A stretch of DNA of 64,000 nt from Clostridiales bacterium Firm_04 (lineage in GTDB: Bacteria > Bacillota > Clostridia > Oscillospirales > Ruminococcaceae). Shown here piece by piece: positions 15,414-24,833 of this stretch. The position numbers were made by a program, and so were the translations under genes. Where the stretch lies: contig LVAJ01000028.1 in NCBI GenBank assembly GCA_001603005.1, positions 14,073 through 78,072 of the forward strand, written 5' to 3'. The first letter of the stretch is position 1. Each line of letters begins with the position of its first letter. Under the pieces are notes generated by a model. It was not told the DNA's origin, made no database searches, and worked only from the letters and a program-made list of their open reading frames with translations.

Positions 15414-16277
15414 TTAAGCCTTGCCGACAGAACCGAACAGCTCCATCTTCTCCTTGACCTTTGCCTTGATTGCCTCAAAGCCCGGAGCGAGCAGCTTACG
15501 CGGATCGAAGCCCTTGCCCTGCAGGTCCTTGCCCTCTTCGATGTACTTTCTGGTTGCTTCCTGGAAAGCCCACTGGCACTCGGTATTGACATTGATCTTT
15601 GCAACGCCGAGGGAGATCGCCTTCTTGATCTGGTCGTCCGGAATACCGGTACCGCCGTGCAGAACGAGCGGCATATCGCCGACCTTTGCCTTGATTGCTT
15701 CCAGCGTCTCAAAGCTCAGACCTTCCCAGTTGTCCGGATATTTGCCGTGGATATTGCCGATGCCGGCTGCCAGCATGGTCACGCCGAGATCTGCAACTGC
15801 CTTGCACTCGTCCGGATTTGCGCACTCGCCCTTGCCGATGACGCCGTCTTCCTCGCCGCCGATCGCGCCGACCTCTGCCTCAAGGGAGATGCCGAGCACG
15901 TCGCAGGTGTTGACCAGCGCGGTCGTCTTTGCGATGTTCTCCTCGATCGGATAGTGGGAGCCGTCGAACATAATGGACGAGAAACCTGCGTTGATGCAAG
16001 CCTTTGCGCCCTCGAAGGTACCGTGGTCGAGGTGGAGCGCGACCGGAACGGTGATGCCCAGCTCATTGATCATGCCCTTGACCATACCGACGACGGTCGT
16101 GTAGCCGCACATATACTTGCCTGCGCCCTCAGAAACACCGAGGATGACAGGGGAGTTCAGCTCCTGCGCGGTGAGCAGGATCGCCTTTGTCCATTCGAGG
16201 TTGTTGATGTTGAACTGACCGACAGCGTACTTGCCGTCTCTTGCCTTGTTCAGCATGTCTTTTGCAGATACCAGCAT
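15414..16277 (-). CDS. fba: Class II fructose-1,6-bisphosphate aldolase
   Basis: 287 aa. Motifs AVGQFNINNLEW, PVILGVSEGA, VALHLDHG, SIMFDGS and VLHGGTGIP. Confidence 0.93.
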   Translation of the reverse strand: MLVSAKDMLNKARDGKYAVGQFNINNLEWTKAILLTAQELNSPVILGVSEGAGKYMCGYTTVVGMVKGMINELGITVPVALHLDHGTFEGAKACINAGFSSIMFDGSHYPIEENIAKTTALVNTCDVLGISLEAEVGAIGGEEDGVIGKGECANPDECKAVADLGVTMLAAGIGNIHGKYPDNWEGLSFETLEAIKAKVGDMPLVLHGGTGIPDDQIKKAISLGVAKINVNTECQWAFQEATRKYIEEGKDLQGKGFDPRKLLAPGFEAIKAKVKEKMELFGSVGKA

Positions 16278-16355
16278 TGATAATTCCTCCTATTAACGCC
16301 GGAACACTCCGGCTCATTCAGCGGGATATGCAGTCCGCATATTTCACCACATATC

Positions 16356-16384
16356 ATTATACACGATTTCGGCGAAAAATGCAA
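16356..16384 (-). promoter_or_regulatory. Sigma-A type promoter (TTGCAT-17-TATAAT) of fba
   Basis: Minus-strand reading is TTGCATttttcgccgaaatcgtgTATAAT. Confidence 0.6.
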
Positions 16385-16537
16385 TAGGCATTGTGAATGA
16401 ATTATCAAACATCCGAAATCAAGCTCTGTATGCAATGGACAATCCGAAAAAGCAGCGTCCGGCAGAACGCTGCAACGCTGAATAAACCCGCAAAAACGGC
16501 GCATACTCTAAGCACTTGCATTTCAGGAGGTACATCT

Positions 16538-17206
16538 ATGAAACAATCGTTCCGGATGCTGCTGCTTCTGCTGCTTGCGGGCGCGGCGGCATCTCTGTAT
16601 GACACGGCAGCGGCGAAGCAGGCGCTGGAACAGGGCGTCATCCGGCTGCATATTCTGGCTGACTCCGACCGTACATCCGACCAGACCGAAAAGCTGCTTG
16701 TACGCGATGCGGTCATGCAGCATTTGCAGGACTGGGTTCCGGCGGATGCGGATTATGATGCAGCATGTGACGCGATCCGGCGGTCTCTGCCTGCGATCCG
16801 GCAGACAGCGGAGCATGCGCTGCGGGATGCGGGCAGCAGCGATCCTGTTGCAGTCTCATTCGGGGAGACACCGTTTCCGGCGCGCAGCTACGGCGATTTC
16901 ACGCTGCCGGCAGGGGATTATCAGGCGTTGCGCATTTCGATCGGCAGCGGCAGCGGGCAGAACTGGTGGTGCATGATGTATCCGGCGCTCTGTATTCCCG
17001 CGGCAGCAAAAGCTGATCTGCCGCAGGATGACCGCGCACTGCTGCACGGTGCATTGCCGGAATCTGCCTGCGATATTGCGGAGCAGCCTGCAAAATATGA
17101 GGTGCGGCTCAAATGCGTGGACGCGCTCCATGCGGCAGTCCGGCTCCTGCGGGAGCAGCTCGCGGAAAAGCCCGCCTCTCCGGAGCAGAGAAGCGGGCAT
17201 CCGTAA
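16538..17206 (+). CDS. spoIIR: Stage II sporulation protein R
   Basis: ATG at 16538 follows AGGAGG. Signal/TM MKQSFRMLLLLLLAGAAA. Motifs VIRLHILADSDRTSDQTEKLLVRDAV and GSGQNWWCMMYPALCIP are SpoIIR hallmarks. Confidence 0.88.
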   Translation: MKQSFRMLLLLLLAGAAASLYDTAAAKQALEQGVIRLHILADSDRTSDQTEKLLVRDAVMQHLQDWVPADADYDAACDAIRRSLPAIRQTAEHALRDAGSSDPVAVSFGETPFPARSYGDFTLPAGDYQALRISIGSGSGQNWWCMMYPALCIPAAAKADLPQDDRALLHGALPESACDIAEQPAKYEVRLKCVDALHAAVRLLREQLAEKPASPEQRSGHP

Positions 17207-17220
17207 GCGGCGCGTCAGGT

Positions 17221-17343
17221 TCAGCAGCCGCAGCCGTTGTTGCCGCAGCCATTATTGCAGCCGCAGCCGTTGTTGCAGAACATGGAGAACAGAAGAATCA
17301 GAATGATGATCCACCAGAAGCTGTTGCAATCGTTACCGCACAT
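17221..17343 (-). CDS. 40-aa Cys/Gly/Asn-rich single-TM micro-protein (below the ORF-track cutoff)
   Basis: Minus strand reads AAAGGAGtgctgactATG...TGA. Product is MCGNDCNSFWWIIILILLFSMFCNNGCGCNNGCGNNGCGC, a hydrophobic core flanked by Cys-rich tails. Confidence 0.6.
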   Translation of the reverse strand: MCGNDCNSFWWIIILILLFSMFCNNGCGCNNGCGNNGCGC

Positions 17344-17529
17344 AGTCAGCACTCCTTTTCATAGGCATGTAGTCGGTGCGCCGCATCGCCGCGGCGCGCT
17401 GATCGGGAGCGGTGTGTTCCGCTTCCTAGTCTCATGATATGCCGGACAGCGGAATGTGTGACAGCAGGCGTAAGATCCGCGGAGATCTGCATATACTATT
17501 TTCAGCAATACGATTCGGAGGGATTGGCT

Positions 17530-19788
17530 TTGCAGAAGGAAGCATACACAAAAAAAGCAGCGGCGATCGTTGCAAAGGCAAAGCAGGAGGCGGAAGCGCT
17601 CGGACACAGCTTTGTCGGCAGTGAGCATCTGATCCTCGCGATGCTCACGGACGGCAGCAATGTCGGCGCGGCGATCCTGCGCACGCATCATGTGCCGCTC
17701 CAGCGTTTTCAGCAGGCAATTTTGCAGGAGCTCGGCAAAAGCGAGCCTGTCCGCCTCGGTACGGATGCCTGTACACCGGCGCTGCTGCGGATTCTGCACA
17801 GCGCGGAGCGGCATCGCACGACGGAAGCGGGCATGCTGCGGCAGGTCAGTTCAGAGGGGCTGCTGCGCGCGGTGCTCGCCGATGAGCAGTGCGGCGCATC
17901 GGTGCTGCTGCGGGGCATGGGCATCTCCCTGAACATGCTGCGGGCGGCATGCGGGCAGCAGATGCAGATACTGGATGCAGAGCAGGCGGGATTCCCGCAG
18001 TTTGACCGCAAGGCATGCCCTGCGCTTGCCGCCTATGCGCATCACATGACCGATCCGATGACCGCGGAGGGCTATGATCCGCTGATCGGGCGGGCGCAGG
18101 AGCTCCGGCAGGTCATGCAGATTCTGCTGCGCCGTACCAAAAACAACCCTGTGCTGATCGGTGCGGCGGGTGTCGGAAAAACGGCGATCGTCGAGGGGCT
18201 GGCAGCGCGGATCCTGCGCGGGGATGTGCCGCAGGCGCTTGCGGGACGCGTCATTCTGTCGCTGGATCTGGCGGCGCTGCTCGCGGGCGCGAAATACCGC
18301 GGGGATTTTGAGGAGCGGCTCAAAGCGTGCATGGACGAGGCTGCTGCGAATCCGGATCTGCTGCTGTTCATCGACGAGCTCCACATGATCGCGGGGACGG
18401 GCGCCGCAGAGGGCGCGATCGACGCGGCGAATCTCCTGAAACCCCGTCTTGCGCGCGGGGAATTGCAGATCATCGGCGCGACGACCGAGGCGGAATACCG
18501 CAGACAGATCGAAAAGGATGCCGCGCTTGCCCGCAGATTTCAGCCGGTGACGGTTGCTGAGCCGACTGCTGCGGACGCTGCCGAAATGTTGCACGGTCTG
18601 CGGGAAAAATACGAGTCGTTTCATCATGTGACGATCGGCGCGGATGCGATCCATGCTGCGGTGGAATATTCCGTGCGGTATCTGCATGACCGTGCGCTGC
18701 CGGATAAGGCGCTTGATCTGCTGGATGAAGCATGTGCCGCAAAGCGCTTGCAGGGGACGGAGCATACGCTGCCGGCTGTCCGGCAGGCGGACATTGAACG
18801 GACAGTCACCGAGAAAACCGGCATTCCCGCCGAAACACTGACTGCCTCGGAGACCGAGCGCCTGCTGCATCTCGAAGAAGAACTGCGCCGGCATGTCATC
18901 GGGCAGGACGAGGCGATCACCGCCGTTGCACAGGCGATCCGCAGGAGCCGCGCGGGACTGCGCAAGCGCGGCAGACCGGTCGGCGCATTCCTCTTTCTCG
19001 GTGCGACCGGCATCGGCAAAACGGCGCTTGCGGACTGCATTGCCGACACGCTCTACGGCGGGAGCTGCATCCGCTTCGATATGAGCGAATATATGGAAAA
19101 GCACACAGCTGCGCGCTTGATCGGTGCGCCGCCGGGATATGTCGGCTACGGCGAGGGCATGTCGCTTGCGGAGCGTGTCCGCCGCGCGCCGTACAGTCTG
19201 ATCCTGTTCGATGAAATGGAAAAAGCGCATCCGGATGTGCTTTCGCTGCTGCTGCAAATATTAGAGGACGGCAGGCTCACGGACAGCAGCGGCGTAACTG
19301 CGGATTTTTCGGAGTGTCTGCTGATCCTGACCTCGAATCTCGGCGCGGAGCAGCTGCAAACGGGCGTCATCGGCTTTGCGGATCCCGCAGCAGGGGACAG
19401 CACGGGGCGGGAACGGCTGCTCAGCGTGCTGCGCCGGACGATGAAGCCGGAGCTGCTGCACCGCCTCGATGCCGCGATCGTGTTCCGGACGCTGAATGAC
19501 TCCGACCTCACGCAGATCACAAGGCTGCGGCTCGGCGAACTGGCAGCGCGTGCGGCAGCCTGCGGAACGGCGCTGACATGGACGCCGGAAGCCGAGGAAA
19601 TGCTGCTGAAACAGGCGGACACGGCACACGGCGGGGCGCGGGCGATCCGCACGGCACTGACGCAGCTTGCGGAGCCGCTGCTCGCGGACAGTCTGCTGCA
19701 AAAGCGCGGCGGCACAAGGCAGCTCTGTGTGCGGAACGGCGTTCTCGCGATCGAACAGCAGGCAGTCCCCGCATCCAATCCGCTCTGA
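17530..19788 (+). CDS. Clp/Hsp100 family AAA+ ATPase (ClpC/ClpA-like, two nucleotide-binding domains)
   Basis: Clp-N repeats (GHSFVGSEHLILAML; EGLLRAVLAD), Walker A GAAGVGKTAIVEGLA and GATGIGKTALADCIA, and LFDEMEKAHPDV. Start is uncertain: TTG at 17530 lies 7 nt after GGAGGG, while the ORF-track ATG at 17434 adds an unlikely 32-aa extension. Confidence 0.8.
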   Translation: MQKEAYTKKAAAIVAKAKQEAEALGHSFVGSEHLILAMLTDGSNVGAAILRTHHVPLQRFQQAILQELGKSEPVRLGTDACTPALLRILHSAERHRTTEAGMLRQVSSEGLLRAVLADEQCGASVLLRGMGISLNMLRAACGQQMQILDAEQAGFPQFDRKACPALAAYAHHMTDPMTAEGYDPLIGRAQELRQVMQILLRRTKNNPVLIGAAGVGKTAIVEGLAARILRGDVPQALAGRVILSLDLAALLAGAKYRGDFEERLKACMDEAAANPDLLLFIDELHMIAGTGAAEGAIDAANLLKPRLARGELQIIGATTEAEYRRQIEKDAALARRFQPVTVAEPTAADAAEMLHGLREKYESFHHVTIGADAIHAAVEYSVRYLHDRALPDKALDLLDEACAAKRLQGTEHTLPAVRQADIERTVTEKTGIPAETLTASETERLLHLEEELRRHVIGQDEAITAVAQAIRRSRAGLRKRGRPVGAFLFLGATGIGKTALADCIADTLYGGSCIRFDMSEYMEKHTAARLIGAPPGYVGYGEGMSLAERVRRAPYSLILFDEMEKAHPDVLSLLLQILEDGRLTDSSGVTADFSECLLILTSNLGAEQLQTGVIGFADPAAGDSTGRERLLSVLRRTMKPELLHRLDAAIVFRTLNDSDLTQITRLRLGELAARAAACGTALTWTPEAEEMLLKQADTAHGGARAIRTALTQLAEPLLADSLLQKRGGTRQLCVRNGVLAIEQQAVPASNPL

Positions 19789-19844
19789 TGAAAACATGTA
19801 TCTGCGCACATTCTCCCTGCTGTGGGATAGCTTGAACCCGAAAG

Positions 19845-19873
19845 GCATAATTCCGTCTGCGATTGCATATGCA
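19845..19873 (+). promoter_or_regulatory. Possible mother-cell (sigma-E-like) promoter upstream of sigK
   Basis: GCATAATT-N13-CATATGCA resembles the Bacillus sigma-E consensus (ATA-rich -35, CATACA-T -10). Match was made by eye only. Confidence 0.3.
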
Positions 19874-19895
19874 TGAACAAAAAGGCGGTGTTGCG

Positions 19896-20594
19896 ATGTT
19901 TTCATTTCTTTCGGGACTGTTCGGGCAGATGACGTTTTTTCTGCTCCATGTGGATCATGCGGCAGCCTTTCCGCCGCCGCTCAGCCGCGCAGAGGAAGCG
20001 GAATGCCTGAAACAGCTTGCGGCAGGGGACGATGCCGCGCGGCAGAAGCTCATTTCGCACAATCTGCGGCTGGTCGCGCATATGACAAAAAAATTCTACT
20101 CGCCCGACCGCGAGCAGGATGAGCTGATCTCAATCGGAACGCTCGGTCTGATGAAAGCGGCGGGCTCGTTCCAGCCGGAAAAGGGTGCGCGCTTTGCGAC
20201 ATATGCAAGCAGATGCATTGAAAATGAGATCCTGATGCATTACCGTGCAAAAAAGAAGACCGCCGGAGAAGTGTTCTTCGACGATCCTCTGGAATATGAC
20301 AAAGACGGCAATGCGCTGACGCTGCTGGACATCATGCCGGACGGCGCTGACCTCGAAGCGCAGGTCGAGCAGTCTATGCAGGAAAAACAGCTCTATCACT
20401 TTCTGCAAACCCGTCTGGACAAACGGGAATGGACGGTGATCGCGCGGCGATACGGGCTGTTCGGCTATGCAGCGCAGACGCAGCGGGAAGTCGCAGATGC
20501 GCTCGGCATCAGCCGTTCCTATGTTTCCCGCATCGAAAAGCGCGCGCTTTCGCTGCTGCGGGAAGCCTATGCGGAGAGTACGGGACTGCCGTGA
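19896..20594 (+). CDS. sigK: Sporulation sigma factor, most like SigK (pro-sigma-K), uninterrupted
   Basis: Pro-sequence plus AFPPPLSRAEE, HNLRLVAHMTKKF, LISIGTLGLMKA, ATYASRCIENEILMHYRAKKKT and DKDGNALTLLDIM. The LRLVAH..KKF and ILMH.RA.KKT strings favour SigK over SigE. Confidence 0.72.
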   Translation: MFSFLSGLFGQMTFFLLHVDHAAAFPPPLSRAEEAECLKQLAAGDDAARQKLISHNLRLVAHMTKKFYSPDREQDELISIGTLGLMKAAGSFQPEKGARFATYASRCIENEILMHYRAKKKTAGEVFFDDPLEYDKDGNALTLLDIMPDGADLEAQVEQSMQEKQLYHFLQTRLDKREWTVIARRYGLFGYAAQTQREVADALGISRSYVSRIEKRALSLLREAYAESTGLP

Positions 20595-21281
20595 TCATCC
20601 GCGGTTCAGGTAAATGACAACGCCGACGCAGACTGCCAGCAGCACTGCCGACAGCGCAACGATCAGCACGACCGAGGACTTTTTCTCGGCACTGTGATCG
20701 GTGACGGGGAAGCCGCAGAGTTTCAGCACGCGCAGGAATGTGCGGTAGAGCAGCATGGTGATCGCGGCATTGATGCCGGCTTTCAGCAGATTGAACGGCA
20801 GGAACATTGTGGTCAGCAGCGGCACGATCTCGGCGCGGGAAATGCCCATGTAAAGCGGCGAGATCAGATAGTTCCAGAGCAGCATGCAGACGGTCATGAC
20901 AGCCACGCTGCACACGAGACCGAGCGCGGCGCCGTAAATATCGCGGCGCTTCTTATAGATGATCGAAGCGGTGCATGCAAATGCTGCACTTGCGATGATA
21001 TTCATGATCATGCCGATCAGACCGGTCGAGCTGACGAACAGCTCCAGCAAGCCCGTCACGATGCAGCAGGCGAGTGCGGCAAGCGGACCGTAGAGGAAAC
21101 CGGCGAGCGTGAGGAAGATATCCTTCGGCTCATAGCTCAGAAATCCGACGACCGGGATCTTGATAAAGAGCATGGAGACGTAGCCGATCGCGCTCAGCAG
21201 CGCAAGAACGGTCAGTCTGACAACGGCAGAGGACTGCTGCGGAGCAGTCAGCGGGGCAGCAGCAGCGGCGGATCTTTTCAT
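20595..21281 (-). CDS. ribU: Riboflavin ECF-transporter S component (RibU-like)
   Basis: Multi-TM protein (FIKIPVVGFLSYEPKDIFLTLAGFLYGP..., PFNLLKAGINAAITMLLY) placed directly behind an FMN riboswitch. The ATG at 21281 lies downstream of the riboswitch terminator. Confidence 0.8.
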   Translation of the reverse strand: MKRSAAAAAPLTAPQQSSAVVRLTVLALLSAIGYVSMLFIKIPVVGFLSYEPKDIFLTLAGFLYGPLAALACCIVTGLLELFVSSTGLIGMIMNIIASAAFACTASIIYKKRRDIYGAALGLVCSVAVMTVCMLLWNYLISPLYMGISRAEIVPLLTTMFLPFNLLKAGINAAITMLLYRTFLRVLKLCGFPVTDHSAEKKSSVVLIVALSAVLLAVCVGVVIYLNRG

Positions 21282-21330
21282 GTAAATCTTTCCTTTCTGA
21301 CAGAAGATCAAAGGCTTCTTGCAGAAGAAA

Positions 21331-21560
21331 ACCGCCCGTGAAACAGAACGCTTCACGGGCGGAGATTGTCACAGTGATAAACGGCATTTGCCGCAGCTGT
21401 ACCGTCAGCGGCACAGACTGAACAATCTGTTTCTTCCATCCGGACTGTAACCGTCGGTACCGGAATTTCACCGGTTCAGCTGCATCAGCATAAAAACATA
21501 GAGCATCAGCAGTTCGCGGACTCTGACCGCCGGTGAGGAATTACACCTCGCCCTGAAACA
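21331..21560 (-). promoter_or_regulatory. FMN riboswitch (RFN element) with terminator expression platform
   Basis: Minus strand reads AGGGCGAGGTGTAATTCCTCACCGGCGGT..AGTCCGCGA...GAACCGGTGAAATTCCGGTACCGACGGT.ACAGTCCGGATGGAAGAAAC (aptamer ~21556-21425). The terminator CCGCCCGTGAAGCGTTCTGTTTCACGGGCGG+TTTTC follows at 21362-21326. Confidence 0.9.
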
Positions 21561-21583
21561 ATTGTGACGGATGCGGGATCAGC

Positions 21584-22135
21584 TTATTCAGCGTCGCCCT
21601 CATCTTCTTCGGATTCGGCATCATCTTCCGCTTCATCCTCTGCATCGGCAGCGAAATCGGCTTCGATGTTGTCGTAGTTAAATTCGAGCAGCTCACCGCA
21701 GTGCGGGCAGATCATGCTGCCCTCCTCGAGCTGACGCTCACTGAGGTTGACGGTTTCGTCACAGCTCGGACAGTTGACGACATACTGGACCTCATCGAAG
21801 TCCTCGTCGTCGTCATCATAGGAAAAATCATCATAGTCAGCCGGCAGAACCTCTCCCAGCGCGAAGTCATCGTCCTCGTCGTCATCATCGCCGAATTCGA
21901 TGTCATCATCATCATCGCAGTAGAGATCGGTTTCCACCTCACCGAGATCCTTATCCAGCAGGTCGCAGAGCTCGGTCAGTTCATCGACCTGCGACTGCAG
22001 ATCGTCGATGTACACGCCCATTTCCTCCATGACCTCTGCCATTTGCAGAATGGCTTTGCCCTCTTTGGTGGAGCCGTCCAGCTCCATGCCGTCCAGAAGA
22101 CCTTTCATATAAGCGATTTTCTCAGTCAGCTTCAT
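21584..22135 (-). CDS. Highly acidic zinc-ribbon protein of unknown function
   Basis: N-terminal MKLTEKIAYMKGLLDGMELD helix, poly-Asp/Glu tracts (DDDDDIEFGDDDDEDDD) and a CPSC...CPHC zinc ribbon. Sits downstream of efp. Confidence 0.6.
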   Translation of the reverse strand: MKLTEKIAYMKGLLDGMELDGSTKEGKAILQMAEVMEEMGVYIDDLQSQVDELTELCDLLDKDLGEVETDLYCDDDDDIEFGDDDDEDDDFALGEVLPADYDDFSYDDDDEDFDEVQYVVNCPSCDETVNLSERQLEEGSMICPHCGELLEFNYDNIEADFAADAEDEAEDDAESEEDEGDAE

Positions 22136-22196
22136 GATGATTATCCTTTCTCACAAAACAGTTTGTTCCGCAAGCGGAATCGGGGGGAGCGTCAGA

Positions 22197-22754
22197 TTAT
22201 GCGCGCTCCATGTACTCGCGGGTACGGGTATCAATGCGGATCTTGTCGCCCTCGTTGATGAAGAGCGGCACGCGGATCTCAGCACCGGTCTCAACGACTG
22301 CCGGCTTGGTTGCGTTGGTCGCGGTATTGCCCTTGACGCCCGGCTCGGTGGAAGTGACGGTCAGCTCGACGAAGAACGGCGGCTCGATGCCGAAGACATT
22401 GCCCTTGTAGGACAGCACCTTGACGATCTCCTCCTCCTTGACGAAATCAAGCGCATTGCCGATGACGTCCTTGCTGATCGGGATCTGCTCATAGGTCTCC
22501 ATGTCCATGAAGTAGAACAGATCGCCGTCGTTGTAGCTGTACTGCATATCCTTGCGCTCAACAAAAGCGGTCGGGAACTTCGCAGTCGGGTTGAAGGAAG
22601 TTTCGACGACAGCACCGGTAATAACATTCTTATACTTGGTGCGGACGAAAGCAGCGCCCTTGCCCGGCTTTACGTGCTGGAACTCGATAACCTGAACAAC
22701 CTGACCGTCCATTTCAAAGGTCATGCCGTTGCGAAAATCACCTGCAGAAATCAT
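22197..22754 (-). CDS. efp: Translation elongation factor P
   Basis: [43 protein letters not shown]..., 185 aa. ATG at 22754 follows GGAGG. Confidence 0.95.
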   Translation of the reverse strand: MISAGDFRNGMTFEMDGQVVQVIEFQHVKPGKGAAFVRTKYKNVITGAVVETSFNPTAKFPTAFVERKDMQYSYNDGDLFYFMDMETYEQIPISKDVIGNALDFVKEEEIVKVLSYKGNVFGIEPPFFVELTVTSTEPGVKGNTATNATKPAVVETGAEIRVPLFINEGDKIRIDTRTREYMERA

Positions 22755-22957
22755 GTGTTTACCTCCAAAGAAACAGCTTGAAATTGAATGATGCGGCATC
22801 ATTCCATATAGCATTATTTTACACTATTTTCGATCGTTTGGCAATAGCAAAACGCAAAAAATGAACAGGTGCACAAAACATTCGCCTTTGCGCCTGCATT
22901 TTTAAGCGGTTTGACGAAGCACTGCGCGCCGGACGGCGGGAGAATGAGGGGAGCGGT

Positions 22958-23797
22958 ATGATGCGGAAAACCGTGCTGCTGCTGACAGTTTGCATGCTGA
23001 CGGGCTGCGGGCAGCATCCGGAACCGGATCCGCCGGCTGTGCTGCCTGTGCGGACGGTGCAGACCGGCGCAGAGCTGACCGGCGCGGCAGCGGACATGCT
23101 GATGCAGTCGGAGACAGCGCTGCAAGTCAGCATGCCGGATGCACTTTTTCCGGAGACCGAACAGCGGATCGCGGCGGCGGTGCAGGGGCATGTGCTTGCG
23201 CGGACGCTGCTGGATACGGTCACATGGACGCGGCAGGGGAACCGGCTGCATCTTTCGGCGGTGTACACGGATCTGCCGGCGCATGTGCGCGAAAAAAAGC
23301 AGGCGCTTTCGGCATATGCGGAAGACTGGGCGGAGAGCACGGCGGATTTCCCCGCAGCGGTGCAGGCATTGCTAGCGCATGACCGGCTCTGCGCGGCATG
23401 CTGCTACGATGCGGATGCGCCGGACTGCGGCAGTGCATACGGCGCATGGATGAACGGGCGGGCGAGCTGTGCGGGGTATGCCGAGGGCTATGCACTGCTG
23501 CTGGAGTCCGCCGGGATCCCGGTGCGGATCCTTGCGGGGACGGTGCAGCTTCCGGACGGCAGGGCGCTCCCGCATGCATGGAATCTGGTGTATCTGGACG
23601 GCAGCTGGTATCACACGGACTGCACATGGGACGACACGGCGGATGCGGACGGACATGCGATGTTCCTCTGCGATGATGCTGCGATCGCAGACACGCATGC
23701 ATGGAACCCCGCGGACTGTCCGCAGGCGGCAGGCGGCGTGCTCCGGTATGAGACTGTCGTGCAGCAGATGCAGGAAGCGGTCAGGCAGGATCCGTGA
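22958..23797 (+). CDS. Lipoprotein with transglutaminase-like cysteine-protease domain
   Basis: Lipobox LLTVCMLTGC. The Cys-His-Asp core region is SCAGYAEGYALLLESAGIP...HAWNLVYLDGSWYHTDCTWDD. Confidence 0.75.
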   Translation: MMRKTVLLLTVCMLTGCGQHPEPDPPAVLPVRTVQTGAELTGAAADMLMQSETALQVSMPDALFPETEQRIAAAVQGHVLARTLLDTVTWTRQGNRLHLSAVYTDLPAHVREKKQALSAYAEDWAESTADFPAAVQALLAHDRLCAACCYDADAPDCGSAYGAWMNGRASCAGYAEGYALLLESAGIPVRILAGTVQLPDGRALPHAWNLVYLDGSWYHTDCTWDDTADADGHAMFLCDDAAIADTHAWNPADCPQAAGGVLRYETVVQQMQEAVRQDP

Positions 23798-23955
23798 TAC
23801 ATTTATATTGGAAAAAACATTCCGGAAAGCTGTAACAAATCACAGAATGGGGACGAAAAATGTACTTTTTTTATACGCTTTCCGTTATCTGCGGAGAAAC
23901 ACCGGAAAAAACAGAACAAATTTCGCAGAAATGCGCCTGATAACTGCAAAATCAC

Positions 23956-23984
23956 TTGACAATATGCGAAAGATATGCTATAAT
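23956..23984 (+). promoter_or_regulatory. Consensus sigma-A promoter (TTGACA-17-TATAAT)
   Basis: TTGACAatatgcgaaagatatgcTATAAT, ~48 nt upstream of the ATG at 24033. Confidence 0.65.
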
Positions 23985-24032
23985 GCAAATGGCTGGAATG
24001 CCGAAATTTTGTTAGGAAAGGATGTGCTTCAC

Positions 24033-24425
24033 ATGGCAGAGAAAGCTGCTGAAAAAAAAGCACCCGCAAAGAAGACTGCTGAGAAGAAAGAAACCGCTGT
24101 AAAAAAGACTGCCGCAAAGAAAGCACCGGCAGCTGCGAAGACCGCTGAGAAGAAGGCGCCCGCTGCTGCAAAGACTGCTGAAAAGAAAGCACCTGCTGCA
24201 AAGAAGGCTGCGAAGAAGGCTGAGACCGTGATCAAAACGATCGTGCAGGTCGAAGGCAAGGATTATGATATCAGCGGCATCGCGGAGAAGCTGCTCAAGC
24301 AGTATAAATCCGTGCACAAGAGAAAGGTCGTTACGGAATTTGCAGTGTATGTCAAGCCGGAAGAAAATGCGGCTTACTTCACGATCAACGGCGAGGGCGG
24401 CGACGAGTTCAAGGTCGAGCTCTGA
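24033..24425 (+). CDS. Small Lys/Ala-rich (histone H1-like tail) protein with C-terminal globular domain
   Basis: 130 aa. N-terminal repeats AEKKAPAAAKT/AKKTAEKK, then VIKTIVQVEGKDYDISGIAEKLLKQYK...FTINGEGGDEFKVEL. Confidence 0.65.
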   Translation: MAEKAAEKKAPAKKTAEKKETAVKKTAAKKAPAAAKTAEKKAPAAAKTAEKKAPAAKKAAKKAETVIKTIVQVEGKDYDISGIAEKLLKQYKSVHKRKVVTEFAVYVKPEENAAYFTINGEGGDEFKVEL

Positions 24426-24461
24426 TACAGAAAAATTGTCCCGCAGTTCAAATGAACAAGA

Positions 24462-24495
24462 CAGCGCTCCGGTGAAAAGCCGGAGCGCTGTTTTT
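24462..24495 (+). terminator. Intrinsic terminator
   Basis: CAGCGCTCCGG-TGAAAAG-CCGGAGCGCTG followed by TTTTT. Confidence 0.85.
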
Positions 24496-24635
24496 CTTGC
24501 AGATATGCGGGATCTGCAAGCAGTAATTGCGGGAATGATTCATTTTTGTGCAGAATTTGCAACGCAGTTTTATGCGTTCTGAATTGCCGGTTTTCAGCAT
24601 CATGTTTCGGATGATGCTGCTGTCGGTGCGATGCC

Positions 24636-24833
24636 TTAATGCTGCTGCGTGCCGGATCCTTTTTGTCCGGATTTCTTTTCAGAAGAAAGAAAGCCGAGGC
24701 ATGTCATGATGCAGCACAGCCAGATGAGGGTATCGCTGATCTCGTGTCCGGTGACGATCGAAGCGATCAGCGAGAAGCCCGATGCTGCGATTCCGGCAAT
24801 TGCGATGCCGCGGAGCAGACGCTTTTCATTCAT
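24636..24833 (-). CDS. 65-aa two-TM membrane protein, paralogue of the upstream gene
   Basis: MNEKRLLRGIAIAGIAASGFSLIASIVTGHEISDTLIWLCCIMTCLGFLSSEKK... The ATG at 24833 overlaps the upstream stop (ATGAATGA). Confidence 0.6.
   Translation of the reverse strand: MNEKRLLRGIAIAGIAASGFSLIASIVTGHEISDTLIWLCCIMTCLGFLSSEKKSGQKGSGTQQH

Noticed and set aside
17434-17529. ORF-track ATG at 17434 as the start of the Clp ATPase
   Set aside because: It adds a 32-aa Cys-rich extension (MICRTAECVTAGVRSAEICIYYFQQYDSEG) with no RBS. A GGAGGG-spaced TTG at 17530 gives an N-terminus aligned with the Clp-N domain. Both options are stated in the feature.
24590-24635. Hairpin CAGCATCAT..ATGATGCTG downstream of the three-gene membrane operon as its intrinsic terminator
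   Set aside because: On the transcribed (minus) strand the stem is followed by an A-run, not a U-run. The orientation is wrong for a canonical terminator, so it is not listed as a feature.
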